Assembly: GCA_964630685.1 (NCBI GenBank)
Contig: CAZVVW010000009.1
Span: 1-39,677 of the forward strand
Source: an uncultured Methanosarcinales archaeon
Lineage (GTDB): Archaea; Nanobdellota; Nanobdellia; Woesearchaeales; BS150m-G63
DNA: 39,677 bases
Direction of reading: 5' to 3'
Below the pieces are notes generated by a model, which did no database searches, was not told the DNA's origin, and was given only the letters and a program-made list of their open reading frames with translations. Numbering within the stretch: the stretch's first letter is position 1; each line of letters begins with the position of its first letter. The translations under genes were made by a program, and so were the position numbers. Positions 17,961-28,518 of this stretch are shown here, in pieces.

Positions 17961-18842
17961 CTATTTAACTAAAGCAGCAGCACCAATTATTCCAGCATTC
18001 TTACCTAATCTGCCTTTTACAATATTTACCTTGTTTAGTGCACGTTTTTTTACTTCATCTTTTAATGAATGAGAGAAAAAGCCCCATGCCCCAGAAATTC
18101 CTCCGCCAAGAATAATTTTATCAGGATCAAAAGCATTCACAAGATTAGTAATAGATATTCCCAAATAAATTCCCATTTCCCTAAAAAGATGTATGGCACT
18201 CGGATTTTTCTTTAAAGCAAGATTATAGATATCGATTGGTTCTTCAACTCTCATCCCAAATGACTCTGCCAATCTCATCAACCCACGCCTGGAAACATAC
18301 TCTTCAATACATCCATCGTTTCCACAGCTGGCAATCATCCCATTTAATTTAATAGTCATATGCCCAAGTTCTCCTGCATTTCCTTTACCATGGTATAATT
18401 CTTTATTGATGATTATTCCACCACCAACACCTGAACCCAGAGTAATTCCAACAAGATTTTTACACTCTTTTCCAGCACCAAACAACGCTTCACCAAGAAT
18501 AAAACAGTTAGCATCATTATTCAACACAACTTGAGTTCTAAATCTTTTTTTAATTGTTTCTTTGATATTAACTCCTTTTAATGGAAGATTTAGAGTATCT
18601 CCAATCACCCCAGTACTATGATTCAAAGGACTCGGACAACCCACGCCAATAGGGGGTATTTTTTTGAATTTTTTAGATTTAACAATAAGAGATATAGCTT
18701 TTAGAATATTTTCAATAACAACGGCTTTGCCTTGTTCTGCTTCTGTTAACACAACAACTTTTTTCAGCACCTTTCCCTTACTATTTATCAAACCAGCTTT
18801 AATTTCAGTGCCACCTATATCCACCCCTATTTTTAGTAGCAT
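17961..18842 (-). CDS. ROK family sugar kinase (glucokinase-like)
   Basis: GVDIGGT, NNDANC, GSGVGGG, GELGH, CGNDGCIE; no HTH domain. Confidence 0.92.
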   Translation of the reverse strand: MLLKIGVDIGGTEIKAGLINSKGKVLKKVVVLTEAEQGKAVVIENILKAISLIVKSKKFKKIPPIGVGCPSPLNHSTGVIGDTLNLPLKGVNIKETIKKRFRTQVVLNNDANCFILGEALFGAGKECKNLVGITLGSGVGGGIIINKELYHGKGNAGELGHMTIKLNGMIASCGNDGCIEEYVSRRGLMRLAESFGMRVEEPIDIYNLALKKNPSAIHLFREMGIYLGISITNLVNAFDPDKIILGGGISGAWGFFSHSLKDEVKKRALNKVNIVKGRLGKNAGIIGAAALVK

Positions 18843-18850
18843 ATAATGTT

Positions 18851-20056
18851 CTAAAGAACTTCTCCCATAAAAATGTTGTGTTTTGTTCTTATGATTTTTA
18901 CTTTGACATTTCCTTTCTTATCACATTCAGGCAAGGTAATAACTCTATCTTTTGCAACAGCTATTTTTTCGCCAGGAATCCTTCCTTCACAAACTATTCT
19001 CACCCTAACAATCTCATCTTTTTTGAAAGGTTTTGGTAATTCATCAACTTTAGTTATCTTGAAATCATTTTCATCTAAGATTAATCTTGTGTTGTATTTT
19101 TTTTCTAATTCTCTTAATTTCTCATGGAATTCTGGCCATGGAATAGATTTGGCGGGATTTTTTCCAAACCTATATCTTAAAAAATTCTGGAAACCGACTT
19201 TTATTGGAGCATCTTTTCCAGCACCAATATCCAACGCAAAATCCATTATTGATTCCATTTCTTTATCATTTATTCCAAATATAATTACTGGAGTTATCAT
19301 AACTCCAATTTTTTTTGCGGCATATCTTGCCATGTTTTGCGCATGTTTAGCATTATAATTTTTGCCACCAATCTCTTTAGCTAATTCTGGATTAATTGCA
19401 TTAATCGAATAATTTAATCTCACTTTCTTGAGTTTTGCTAATTCATCTACTATATTTTTAGTTAATAAAGTACCATTAGTATCAATAGAAACAAGTTTTA
19501 TATTGTTTAGTTTAATTAAGTCCGAGATTAACTCAACAATTTCGCTGTAAAGAAAGGGTTCCCCTTGTCCACCAATATGGGCCTCAATTTCACAATTTTT
19601 AAACTCAACCAATTTCCTAAATTCTTCTATTAAATATTCTCTTTCAATAACAATATCTTTAGTTCTTTTATCCTGATTTACAGAACAATAGATGCAATCA
19701 AGATTACATCCACTTATTGGTTTTAGTTCAATAAGGTTTGTTCCCCTATCTACAATCCCAAAAGAATTACTCCCCATCAAAGGAATTCTAGAATTCTTAT
19801 GGATATAGATTGTATTTTTTTTAGTTAAGTCGTTTTTTAGATTATCTATATGGCTTGCAATTATAAAATCAAACTTCTTTATTACTCTACTTTCTTTTAC
19901 ATTTTTGAACTCAATTTCATGTTTTTTTACCTTAAATGGTCCAATATCTTGTAATATTTTTTTATCTACCTTAAACGAAAAAAGTTTATAGAGACTCACA
20001 ACTACGTGTTCTTTTTCTTCTCTAAAACTTAAACTTTCAAATTTTAATATTGCCAT
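18851..20056 (-). CDS. Archaeal radical SAM protein with C-terminal TRAM-like domain
   Basis: FGIVDRGTN, CNLDCIYC, GQGEP, DTNG; C-terminal beta domain ending RTKHNIFMG. Confidence 0.85.
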   Translation of the reverse strand: MAILKFESLSFREEKEHVVVSLYKLFSFKVDKKILQDIGPFKVKKHEIEFKNVKESRVIKKFDFIIASHIDNLKNDLTKKNTIYIHKNSRIPLMGSNSFGIVDRGTNLIELKPISGCNLDCIYCSVNQDKRTKDIVIEREYLIEEFRKLVEFKNCEIEAHIGGQGEPFLYSEIVELISDLIKLNNIKLVSIDTNGTLLTKNIVDELAKLKKVRLNYSINAINPELAKEIGGKNYNAKHAQNMARYAAKKIGVMITPVIIFGINDKEMESIMDFALDIGAGKDAPIKVGFQNFLRYRFGKNPAKSIPWPEFHEKLRELEKKYNTRLILDENDFKITKVDELPKPFKKDEIVRVRIVCEGRIPGEKIAVAKDRVITLPECDKKGNVKVKIIRTKHNIFMGEVL

Positions 20057-20145
20057 ATTGTTAAATTATTAAGGTACAGCTTAAATACTTTATGAAAATG
20101 TTTATATAGGACTCGGTTTTAATGCTTTAAGTTGGGGTAATTATT

Positions 20146-20934
20146 ATGTCAGATAAAGAAATTAATATCACTTATGAAACTCTTTTTGAATTCTCTCAAA
20201 GAGAAAAAAGTAGAGAAGAACTTCAAGATTTGGGAGACTCTTTTTATGAAGATGTGATTCATTATGTTGGGGAAAAAGTCAAGATTTTGCAAAAAGACCA
20301 AGGCACTCTAGATACCTTTTCAGAAGAAGAAAAAGAAAAAACTAGATCTCAATTAAGTAATATTAAAAGAATTCTTACTCAACTTTATGAAAGGAGAGAA
20401 AAAAAAATAATCAATATGGCGATCCATAAATCAAGAGAGCCAGCAACATTAGTTGATGAATCAGTTATGCTTAAACATGAAAGTGAAATGTATAATCATT
20501 TTACTAATTTATTAAATCAATACAGGGATGAAGTGTTATTGAATCTTTTGAGTGCAAAACCAAAAGAGCAAATTCAAGAAGCGCAAACACAACAAGAATC
20601 AGCACCTGCGCAAGAAGAAAAACCAAGAGAAGAGCAAGCTCTTCACGAAGTACAAGAAACAGAAGAACATCAAGAACCACAATCAACCCCTAAACAATCA
20701 TCTGAATCTGCAGAAAGTTTAGAATCTAAACAAGAAGAATCACAATCAGAACAGAAAGATTCTTCTGAAAAGAGCCAAAAAGAAACAAAAAGAATTAAAT
20801 TTACACATTACGTTCCTAAATTCCTTGGAAGGGAGATGGAAGTGTATGGCCCATTTGAGCCAGAAGATATAGCAACACTTCCAACAGAATTAGCTAAAAT
20901 TCTAATAATTAAAGGAAGAGCAGAAGGGATATAA
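20146..20934 (+). CDS. DNA replication complex GINS subunit Gins15 (Gins51)
   Basis: Helical A domain (ELQDL..SFYE...RREKKII..A) and C-terminal B domain (FLG...YGPF..EDIATLP..A.ILI..GRA); conserved position upstream of rpl44e. Confidence 0.85.
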   Translation: MSDKEINITYETLFEFSQREKSREELQDLGDSFYEDVIHYVGEKVKILQKDQGTLDTFSEEEKEKTRSQLSNIKRILTQLYERREKKIINMAIHKSREPATLVDESVMLKHESEMYNHFTNLLNQYRDEVLLNLLSAKPKEQIQEAQTQQESAPAQEEKPREEQALHEVQETEEHQEPQSTPKQSSESAESLESKQEESQSEQKDSSEKSQKETKRIKFTHYVPKFLGREMEVYGPFEPEDIATLPTELAKILIIKGRAEGI

Positions 20935-20988
20935 TAGTTTCTTTAAAACAAAACATATTTAAATAGGTGATTTCTCCCAAGTTTAACT

Positions 20989-21306
20989 ATGAAAAAACCA
21001 AAAACTCTAAAGAGGCACTGCCCTCATTGTAAAAAACACGTAGAACATAAAATTACCCAAGCTAAAAGGAGGACTCCTGGAAGCAAACATCCTTTAAGTG
21101 TAGGAAGCAAAAAAAGGATGAGGAAAAGGGGGTTAGCAAGAGGGGTAGGAAATAGGGGAAAAATAAGTAGGGGAGCTATTTCTAGTTTTAAGATGACTGG
21201 TAAAAAAGCAACCAAGAAATCTGATTTTAGATATCAATGTAAGGAATGTAAAAAAAGTCACGTTCAAAAAAAAGGAATAAGATCCAAAAGGATGGAGTTT
21301 GAATAA
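20989..21306 (+). CDS. rpl44e: 50S ribosomal protein L44e
   Basis: CPHCKKH...KATKK...CKEC; synteny. Confidence 0.93.
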   Translation: MKKPKTLKRHCPHCKKHVEHKITQAKRRTPGSKHPLSVGSKKRMRKRGLARGVGNRGKISRGAISSFKMTGKKATKKSDFRYQCKECKKSHVQKKGIRSKRMEFE

Positions 21307-21311
21307 ACAAG

Positions 21312-21485
21312 ATGGAACCAGAATCAAAATTTGTAAAAGTAAGATGCCCAAAGTGTAAAAACGAACAAATAATCTTTGGCAAAGTATCAACAGAAGTAAA
21401 ATGCCTTGTTTGTGATAAGGTGTTAGCAGAACCAACAGGTGGAAAATCCAAAATTAAATCTAGAATCTTGGAGGTTTTAGAATAG
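21312..21485 (+). CDS. rps27e: 30S ribosomal protein S27e (57 aa, not in the ORF track)
   Basis: [57 protein letters not shown]. Confidence 0.96.
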   Translation: MEPESKFVKVRCPKCKNEQIIFGKVSTEVKCLVCDKVLAEPTGGKSKIKSRILEVLE

Positions 21486-22259
21486 ATGCTTTTTCAAAGG
21501 AAAGGTTTTCCTGAAGAAAACGAGTTTGTTATTTGTACAGTAAACAAAGTTTTTCCTCATTCTGTTTTTTGTACCTTAGACGAATTCAAAAGAACAGGAG
21601 TAATCCATATTTCAGAAGTTTCTCCAGGAAGAATTAGAAATATAAGAAATTTCGTTAAAGAAGATAAAAAAATAATTTGTAAAGTTCTAAGAATAAATCA
21701 AGAAAAAGGGCACATAGACCTCTCTCTCAGAAGAGTTAATGATTCTCAAAAAAGAGAAAAAAATAACGAGATAAAACAAGAACAATTAGCAGAAAAAATA
21801 TTAGAATTTGTAACAAAAAAATTAGAATTAGACCTAAAAAAAACTTACTTCGATATAATGGACAAAATATCTAACATTTACCCTACTTTATATTCTTGTT
21901 TTGAAGATGTTATAGAATCAGATTTAGATTTAACTTCTTTAGGATTTGATAAAAAATTAACAACTGAATTAAATGTAGTAATAAAACAAAGAATAAAACC
22001 TGTAGAAGTAGAAATCAAAGGGATATTATATTTAACAAATTATGAGCCTAATGGGGTTGAGATAATCAAAAAAGTTTTAGAAAAAGCAGATTCAGACGAA
22101 AAAATTTCAATAACATATAAATCAGCAGGCCAATATAAAGTTTCAGTAAAATCTTCAAATTATCCAGACGCAGAAGAAATTCTAAAAAAAGCAACAGAAG
22201 AAGCAATCAACGAAATAGAAAACAAATGTGGAGAAGCTTCTTTTGAAAGAGACAAATGA
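21486..22259 (+). CDS. eif2a: Translation initiation factor 2 subunit alpha (aIF2 alpha)
   Basis: S1 domain with IHISEVS and KGHIDLSLRRV; synteny. Confidence 0.95.
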   Translation: MLFQRKGFPEENEFVICTVNKVFPHSVFCTLDEFKRTGVIHISEVSPGRIRNIRNFVKEDKKIICKVLRINQEKGHIDLSLRRVNDSQKREKNNEIKQEQLAEKILEFVTKKLELDLKKTYFDIMDKISNIYPTLYSCFEDVIESDLDLTSLGFDKKLTTELNVVIKQRIKPVEVEIKGILYLTNYEPNGVEIIKKVLEKADSDEKISITYKSAGQYKVSVKSSNYPDAEEILKKATEEAINEIENKCGEASFERDK

Positions 22260-22429
22260 AACACATTCTCAAATGTACTTCTTGCAACAAATACACACTA
22301 AATGAAAAATGTAGTTGCGGTGGCAAAGCAGTAAACCCTAAACCTGCAAAATATTCTCCAGAAGATAAATATTCAGATTACAGAAGAAAAGTCAAAGAAT
22401 CTTCATTAAAAGAGAAAAATCTGCTATAA
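22256..22429 (+). CDS. nop10: H/ACA RNP protein Nop10 (57 aa, not in the ORF track)
   Basis: MKHILKCTSCNKYTLNEKCSCGG...PAKYSPEDKYSDYRR; ATGA overlap with the aIF2 alpha stop. Confidence 0.95.
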   Translation: MKHILKCTSCNKYTLNEKCSCGGKAVNPKPAKYSPEDKYSDYRRKVKESSLKEKNLL

Positions 22430-22472
22430 TTTTAGAGATAAATTTATAAATCATTCAACCTTAAATTATAAA

Positions 22473-23237
22473 ATGGTCTGGGAGATAAAAAAACTCAAAC
22501 AAAATTTAAAACTCAAGAACCCTATACTAATTGAAGGTTTGCCAGGCATAGGTAATGTGGGTAAATTGGTTGCAGATTTCTTGGTCGATGAATTAAAAGC
22601 AGAGAAATACATGGAATTTTTTTCTGACGAACTGCCACACATGGTTTTTGTAAACGAAGATAACTTAGTGGAATTACCAAAGATAGAAATATACCATAAA
22701 AAACTAAAAGAACAAGATCTTTTATTTCTTGTAGGAGATATCCAACCAGTAGATAGCAAAAGCTCATATAATTTTTCAAATAACATAATCTCAACATCAA
22801 AATCCTTAAAAGTCAAAGAAATCATAACTCTTGGAGGTATAGGGCTTCCAAAAATTCCAAAAACACCAAAAGTTTATTGCACAAGCACTTCTAAAGAAAC
22901 AATTAAAAAATACAAGAACAAAAAATTACATTTAAAATTATATGGGATAGTGGGTCTAATAATGGGCGTTTCAGGACTGCTAGTGGGATTATCCAAAAAA
23001 AAGAACATAGATTCAATCGCACTTTTGGCAGAAACTTATAATCATCCAATGTATCTTGGCATAAACGGAGCAAAAGAGATTCTAAAATTAATAAACAAAA
23101 AATTTGAGCTTAAATTAGACTTAAAAAAATTAGATAAAGAATCTAAAAAAATAGATAAACAATTATTAGAAAGCATGGGGGAAATTTATTCCATGGCAAA
23201 AAAAGAAAAAGGAGTGGATACAACATATATTGGTTAA
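22473..23237 (+). CDS. PAC2-family proteasome assembly chaperone-like protein
   Basis: LIEGLPGIGNVGK, GDIQP, ITLGG; C-terminal YIG; synteny after nop10. Confidence 0.9.
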   Translation: MVWEIKKLKQNLKLKNPILIEGLPGIGNVGKLVADFLVDELKAEKYMEFFSDELPHMVFVNEDNLVELPKIEIYHKKLKEQDLLFLVGDIQPVDSKSSYNFSNNIISTSKSLKVKEIITLGGIGLPKIPKTPKVYCTSTSKETIKKYKNKKLHLKLYGIVGLIMGVSGLLVGLSKKKNIDSIALLAETYNHPMYLGINGAKEILKLINKKFELKLDLKKLDKESKKIDKQLLESMGEIYSMAKKEKGVDTTYIG

Positions 23238-23265
23238 ATAGAATAGTATTGGTTAAATAAAATAG
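23228..23265 (+). repeat. 19-bp tandem duplication spanning the PAC2 stop codon
   Basis: TATTGGTTAAATAGAATAG / TATTGGTTAAATAAAATAG (1 mismatch). Confidence 0.8.
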
Positions 23266-23281
23266 ATTGATTGAACAAAAA

Positions 23282-24562
23282 ATGAATTCAAAAATAAAGA
23301 AGGTGAAAGCAAGACAGATTCTAGACTCAAGGGGTAATCCAACAGTAGAAGTAGATATAACTACAGATTATGGATTATCTAGAGCAGCAGTACCGAGTGG
23401 AGCATCAACAGGAATATACGAAGCTAACGAATTAAGAGATAATAATAAAAAGAAATATTTTGGCAAAGGAGTGTTAAAAGCAGTTTCAAATGTGAACAAC
23501 ATTTTAGCAAAAAAACTCAAAGGAAAAGATTGTACAAAACAAAGAGAAATTGATAACTTGATGTTAAAATTGGATAACACATCTAATAAATCCAAATTAG
23601 GTGCAAACGCAATATTGGCTGTGAGTATGGCTGTGTGTAGGGCAGGTGCGTCAGCAAAAAAACAACCACTTTACAGATACATTTCACACCTGGCAAAAAA
23701 TAAAAAACCACTAATACCAATTCCCTCTTTTAATGTGATTAATGGAGGGGTGCATGCAGGAAATAAATTAGACTTTCAGGAATTCATGATCCTTCCTACA
23801 GGCGCAAAAGATTTTCATCACGCGTTACAGATTGGCGCAGAAGTTTACCATCACCTAAAACAAGCAATAAAAAAGAAGTATGGACGGGGTGCAGTAAATG
23901 TAGGGGATGAAGGAGGATTCGCGCCACCAGTACAAAAAGTAGAAGAAGCACTAAATATCCTCGTAAAAGCAGTCAAAGCAGCAGGACACACAAACAAAAT
24001 CAAATTTGGAATGGATGCTGCAGCTTCAGAATTCTATAATAAAAAGAACAAAACATATCTTTTAGAAGGCAAAAAAATAACAGCACAGCAATTAATGAAA
24101 AAATATCTAACTATGATAAAAAAATACCCCATTATAACCATAGAAGATCCATTTGACCAAGAAGACTTTGAAAGTTTTGCAGAATTCCATAAGAAAGCAA
24201 AAAAACTCCAAATAGTTGGAGACGATTTATTAGTAACAAATACAATTAGAATCAAACAAGCACTTCAACACCATTCATGTAATGCTCTCTTACTCAAAGT
24301 AAATCAAATAGGTTCAATAACAGAAGCATTAGATGCAGCAGATCTTTCCTTAAAAAACAACTGGAACATAATGGTTTCTCACCGTTCTGGAGAAACAGAA
24401 GACACTTTTATAGCAGACCTAGTGGTTGGACTAGGAAATGGACAAATCAAATCAGGGGCACCATGCCGTTCAGAAAGATTAGCAAAATATAATCAACTTC
24501 TAAGAATTGAAGAACATTTAGCAAAAAAAGCTAAATATGCTAAATTCAAAGTAAAATGTTAA
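23282..24562 (+). CDS. eno: Enolase (ATG 23282 preferred over TTG 23267)
   Basis: [48 protein letters not shown]. Confidence 0.97.
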   Translation: MNSKIKKVKARQILDSRGNPTVEVDITTDYGLSRAAVPSGASTGIYEANELRDNNKKKYFGKGVLKAVSNVNNILAKKLKGKDCTKQREIDNLMLKLDNTSNKSKLGANAILAVSMAVCRAGASAKKQPLYRYISHLAKNKKPLIPIPSFNVINGGVHAGNKLDFQEFMILPTGAKDFHHALQIGAEVYHHLKQAIKKKYGRGAVNVGDEGGFAPPVQKVEEALNILVKAVKAAGHTNKIKFGMDAAASEFYNKKNKTYLLEGKKITAQQLMKKYLTMIKKYPIITIEDPFDQEDFESFAEFHKKAKKLQIVGDDLLVTNTIRIKQALQHHSCNALLLKVNQIGSITEALDAADLSLKNNWNIMVSHRSGETEDTFIADLVVGLGNGQIKSGAPCRSERLAKYNQLLRIEEHLAKKAKYAKFKVKC

Positions 24563-25314
24563 GAACAGCAATAAAAGCAGCAAAATTAGCAGGAAAAATA
24601 ATAGAAACTAATTTTGGTAAAGTAATTGATATTTCCACAAAAGAAGGAAATGAATTTTTTACAAATATTGATGTTGAAGCAGAGAATATTATTATTAAGA
24701 CAATAAAAGAAAAATATCCCCAACATAATATCTGGTCAGAAGAATGTGGGGGCTTAAAGAAAACATCTTCAGATTATGAATGGATAATTGATCCTTTAGA
24801 CGGCACTAATAATTTCATAAATCAGATACCTATGGTTGGAACTTCAATTGGTTTAATGTATAAAGATAAACCAGTTTTAGGGGTTGTTTATTTCCCTCTT
24901 ATCAACCAATTATTTTACGCAGAAAAAGGAAAAGGAGCATTCCTTAATGGAAAATCTATAAAATGTCCAGACTTAAAAGATTTGAGTAAAGCAGTATTAT
25001 TTTTTGAAAGTCATCTAAAAACAGCATCACCAAAATATCTAAAATTTTTCTTAGCACTTGCCAAAAAAATATTTAGAACAAGAATTGCAGGATCTGCAAC
25101 TATGAATATTTGTTATGTAGCAAATGGAAGTGCAAATATCTGTGTAGAATCCGGCTTAAAACCAGGAGATATTGCAGCTTCATCAATCATAGCAGAAGAA
25201 GCAGGAGCAATCATAACAGACCATAAAGGAAAACCCTGGCATCCAAGATGTAAAAATATCATTGTAACAAATAAATCTTTACATAAGAAAATCTTAACAC
25301 TCATTCAAAAATAG
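24556..25314 (+). CDS. Inositol monophosphatase family protein (possibly bifunctional IMPase/FBPase)
   Basis: [27 protein letters not shown]. Confidence 0.9.
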   Translation: MLRTAIKAAKLAGKIIETNFGKVIDISTKEGNEFFTNIDVEAENIIIKTIKEKYPQHNIWSEECGGLKKTSSDYEWIIDPLDGTNNFINQIPMVGTSIGLMYKDKPVLGVVYFPLINQLFYAEKGKGAFLNGKSIKCPDLKDLSKAVLFFESHLKTASPKYLKFFLALAKKIFRTRIAGSATMNICYVANGSANICVESGLKPGDIAASSIIAEEAGAIITDHKGKPWHPRCKNIIVTNKSLHKKILTLIQK

Positions 25315-25834
25315 AATCACCGATTTCTTTTCCTTTATTATACACTTCTTCTTTAGTTAATCCCATAAGTTCATGAGGAAAAACAATCCAGCCATCAACT
25401 TTTTTCAGATAAAAATCAGGTTTAATTTTAGTGATATTTTTGTTAGGTTTGTAATATAATGTAGCAATTTTCACATCATCACTTTTTCCATTTATCAATC
25501 CATTAACCCTTTCCATGGTTTTTCCACTATCAAAGATATCATCAATAACTAACACTTTATCACCTTTAGAAATATTATCAAGAACATGCTCAACCCCTTC
25601 AACTTTAACCTCAGTTCTTTCTTCTATTCCAGTATAAGATTCTGATTTGACAATTCCATGATAAGGATTCTCTCCTTTATATCTAAAGAACTCATTAATA
25701 ATCATGCCGACATTACTTCCACCACGCCAGAGCACAATCATTGCATCAGGCCTAAATCCAGAATTATAGATATTTTTTGCTAATTGAAAAGAATCTTCCA
25801 ATACTTTGTTTGCATCAATATATATCTTACCCAT
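25301..25834 (-). CDS. Type I phosphoribosyltransferase (purine salvage-like)
   Basis: RGG, VLVIDDIFDSGKT PRPP loop, WIVFPHE. Confidence 0.88.
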   Translation of the reverse strand: MGKIYIDANKVLEDSFQLAKNIYNSGFRPDAMIVLWRGGSNVGMIINEFFRYKGENPYHGIVKSESYTGIEERTEVKVEGVEHVLDNISKGDKVLVIDDIFDSGKTMERVNGLINGKSDDVKIATLYYKPNKNITKIKPDFYLKKVDGWIVFPHELMGLTKEEVYNKGKEIGDSIFE

Positions 25835-25874
25835 AGACAGAGCTACCTCTATTTAGAAAAAGAAATAATAATAT

Positions 25875-26009
25875 CTACTTTTTCTCTTTCAAAAAGTCAA
25901 CAGTTATCTGCCCACATTCTTTACAGATTAACTCATCCTTTTCTTCATCATGTACGACATCTAAGCTACCACAAGCAGGGCAACTCTTTAATTTACTTGT
26001 TTCTGCCAT
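25875..26009 (-). CDS. Stand-alone TFIIB-type zinc-ribbon microprotein (44 aa, not in the ORF track)
   Basis: MAETSKLKSCPACGSLDVVHDEEKDELICKECGQITVDFLKEKK; GGAG just upstream and TTTAAA about 25 nt upstream. Confidence 0.8.
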   Translation of the reverse strand: MAETSKLKSCPACGSLDVVHDEEKDELICKECGQITVDFLKEKK

Positions 26010-26072
26010 ATACTCCGAAAATCTACAGGACATTTAAATAAGTTTCGGAAAACCCAATATTTAATCAATCAA

Positions 26073-27938
26073 CTATTTCCCATTAACCTTAACAATCTTT
26101 TTTAGAATACTTTCTTTCCCTTTCCAGTCAAGCACTTCTTTCAGCACTTCAGAAATCACACTAACAGGGATTATCTTAATCTTGCCTTCTTTTTCCTTAT
26201 CGATTATAATATCTTTCAAATTAGCTTTTGGCACAATAACCTTCTTAATACCAGTTTCAATCGCTGCCTCAACTTTAGCACTCACACCACCAATAGGCAA
26301 TACTTCTCCACGAACAGAAAGAGAACCAGTTAAAGCATACTCTTGTTTTATTGGTAATTTCTTTAAAGCAGAGATTATAGCCGTAGCAACAGCAATTGAG
26401 GCAGAATCGCCTTCAACACCCTCATAAGTCTGTAAAAATTGAACATAAATATCATGTTTCTCTTTTATATCTTCACCAAAATATTTTTTAATTATGGCTG
26501 AAACATTCTTAATAGCTTCTTTAGCAATCTCGCCGAGTTTTCCAGTAGCTACAATATCCTTTTCTTTTCCACCAGGAGTTATTTCTGCTTCTATAGGAAG
26601 TAATATTCCTGAAAAAGCATCACTCGCACCCATAACAGCCAACCCATTAACTCGCCCAACTCTTTTTCCAGAAGTCAATATAACTTCATACTCTTTTTTC
26701 TTTTCGATATATTTATCTGCTATTTGTTGCTCTAATGTTCTTGCTATTTTTTTAGCTTCAAGAATATGTTTTTTCTCAACTAATTTAGCACCCTTTTCTT
26801 TAGCTAAATCACCTGCAGCACGAATCAATCCACCGAGCTCTCTCAATCTTAAAGTCAAATGACCTTTCCTATTAGCCATCCTTCTCGCTTGTTCAATCAT
26901 TTCATCAACAGCACTCTTTGAAAAATGAGGGATTTTTTTGTCTTTAACAACTTCTTGTGCAACAAATACTGAAATTCTTTCTCTATTTTGAGCAGTGTCT
27001 TCTATCGTATCTCGCATATAAATTTCATATCCATACCCTCTTATTCTAGATCTAAGAGCTGGATGCATTTTTTTCACAGTTTCCAGATTTCCTGCAGCAA
27101 CAAGAATAAAATTACAAGGAACTGCTTCTGTTCTTACCATTGCACCAGCACTTCTTTCACTTTGACCAGTTATAGCAAATTTACCTTCTTGCAAGGCAGT
27201 TAATAATTCCTGTTGAGTAGCAGGATGTAATGTTGCAATTTCATCAACAAACAAAACCCCTAAATTTGCTTTGTGAATCATTCCTGCAACCACTCTTTCA
27301 TGTGCAGGAGTTCCTAACCCACCAGATTGAAATGGATCGTGTAAAATGTCTCCGAGTAATGCGCCAGCATGAGCACCAGTAGCATCAAAAAATGGCGCTT
27401 TTTTCTTTTTAAAATTATCAACAATAACTCTCGGAGCCATCACTTTTCTTTTACCACCCATTTTTTGTCCCAAACTAATAAAAATTACAAAAGCAGCTAG
27501 AAAAATCATACCCCCTAAAAAGAAAGCAGTAAACATCAAATCAGAATTATATTCTTTTCTAACCCACCAAGGCGCAATCATAGAGATTATCGCTAAAATA
27601 AAAATAATTATATTTTGATTTTTGAACATACCCATTCCTTCCATTTTAGCTTTAATGGACATATCTCTTCCAGTACCTGCAGGGACTGTTCTTATTAGAG
27701 GTTGGTTATCATCATTAGGATTATAAAAAGAAACAATATCCACTAGTTTTTCTTTTGGCAACATCTCTGCCAAGCCAAGACCAAGCATACTTTTACCTGT
27801 TCCAGGTTCACCTATTAACAAAACATGTCTTCTTTGAGATGCTGCTTTTTTCATAATTTCTACAGCATCATCTTGACCTATGATTTGGTCAATTATCTTT
27901 TTTTCAACCTTGATTTCTTTTGTTGATTTAAATTTCAT
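26073..27938 (-). CDS. lonB: Archaeal ATP-dependent protease LonB
   Basis: GEPGTGKS, two-TM insertion, VDEI, EGDSAS catalytic Ser, GGVSAK catalytic Lys. Confidence 0.96.
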   Translation of the reverse strand: MKFKSTKEIKVEKKIIDQIIGQDDAVEIMKKAASQRRHVLLIGEPGTGKSMLGLGLAEMLPKEKLVDIVSFYNPNDDNQPLIRTVPAGTGRDMSIKAKMEGMGMFKNQNIIIFILAIISMIAPWWVRKEYNSDLMFTAFFLGGMIFLAAFVIFISLGQKMGGKRKVMAPRVIVDNFKKKKAPFFDATGAHAGALLGDILHDPFQSGGLGTPAHERVVAGMIHKANLGVLFVDEIATLHPATQQELLTALQEGKFAITGQSERSAGAMVRTEAVPCNFILVAAGNLETVKKMHPALRSRIRGYGYEIYMRDTIEDTAQNRERISVFVAQEVVKDKKIPHFSKSAVDEMIEQARRMANRKGHLTLRLRELGGLIRAAGDLAKEKGAKLVEKKHILEAKKIARTLEQQIADKYIEKKKEYEVILTSGKRVGRVNGLAVMGASDAFSGILLPIEAEITPGGKEKDIVATGKLGEIAKEAIKNVSAIIKKYFGEDIKEKHDIYVQFLQTYEGVEGDSASIAVATAIISALKKLPIKQEYALTGSLSVRGEVLPIGGVSAKVEAAIETGIKKVIVPKANLKDIIIDKEKEGKIKIIPVSVISEVLKEVLDWKGKESILKKIVKVNGK

Positions 27939-28098
27939 CTTAATCTCAAGAAACTACTATCGCCCCTTCTTATATTTTATACTTAAGTAGTATAAATAGT
28001 TTTTCCTTTGCTTTTTTGAAAATTATTCATAATTTTTAACATCATTTCCGAATATTCTCACTAAACACTTATTAATTTCAACTACCATAAATCAATTT

Positions 28099-28437
28099 AT
28101 GCAAGAAAACACTATCCTAAAAATAGCACTTCTATGTTCAATAATTGGATTGGTTGCACTTTTCCTACTCTCTAAAAACTTAACCTTAGATTCTCCAAAT
28201 CTCATCACAAAAGATGAATTAGACCAAACTTTAAAAATAAAAGGCACAATCAATAGAATAACCAATTATGAAAAAAACACAATAATAGAAATAACAAGAA
28301 CAGAAAAATTAGATATAGTTCTTTTCGAAAACAACATAGACTTAAAACAAGGAGAAAAAATAGAAGCAGTAGGACAACTAAAACAATACAAAAACAAATT
28401 CGAACTTTTGGCAGATGAAATAAAAATAATCAATTAA
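28099..28437 (+). CDS. Membrane-anchored OB-fold protein
   Basis: N-terminal TM helix, then KIKGTI...LKQGEKIEAVGQLKQYKNKFELLADEI OB-like pattern. Confidence 0.7.
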   Translation: MQENTILKIALLCSIIGLVALFLLSKNLTLDSPNLITKDELDQTLKIKGTINRITNYEKNTIIEITRTEKLDIVLFENNIDLKQGEKIEAVGQLKQYKNKFELLADEIKIIN

Positions 28438-28518
28438 AAACGCCTAAAAATTATAAGTATATGTTTTAAATACCATATCTTTTTATACCTTAAATCATTA
28501 TATGATTAAGGGGATATT

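Noticed and set aside
18851..20056. Specific function (e.g. a named tRNA-modifying enzyme) for the rSAM-TRAM protein
   Set aside because: Motifs support only the family; a name would need a profile search.
25784..26041. 85-aa plus-strand ORF
   Set aside because: The region is better explained by the minus-strand zinc-ribbon microprotein.
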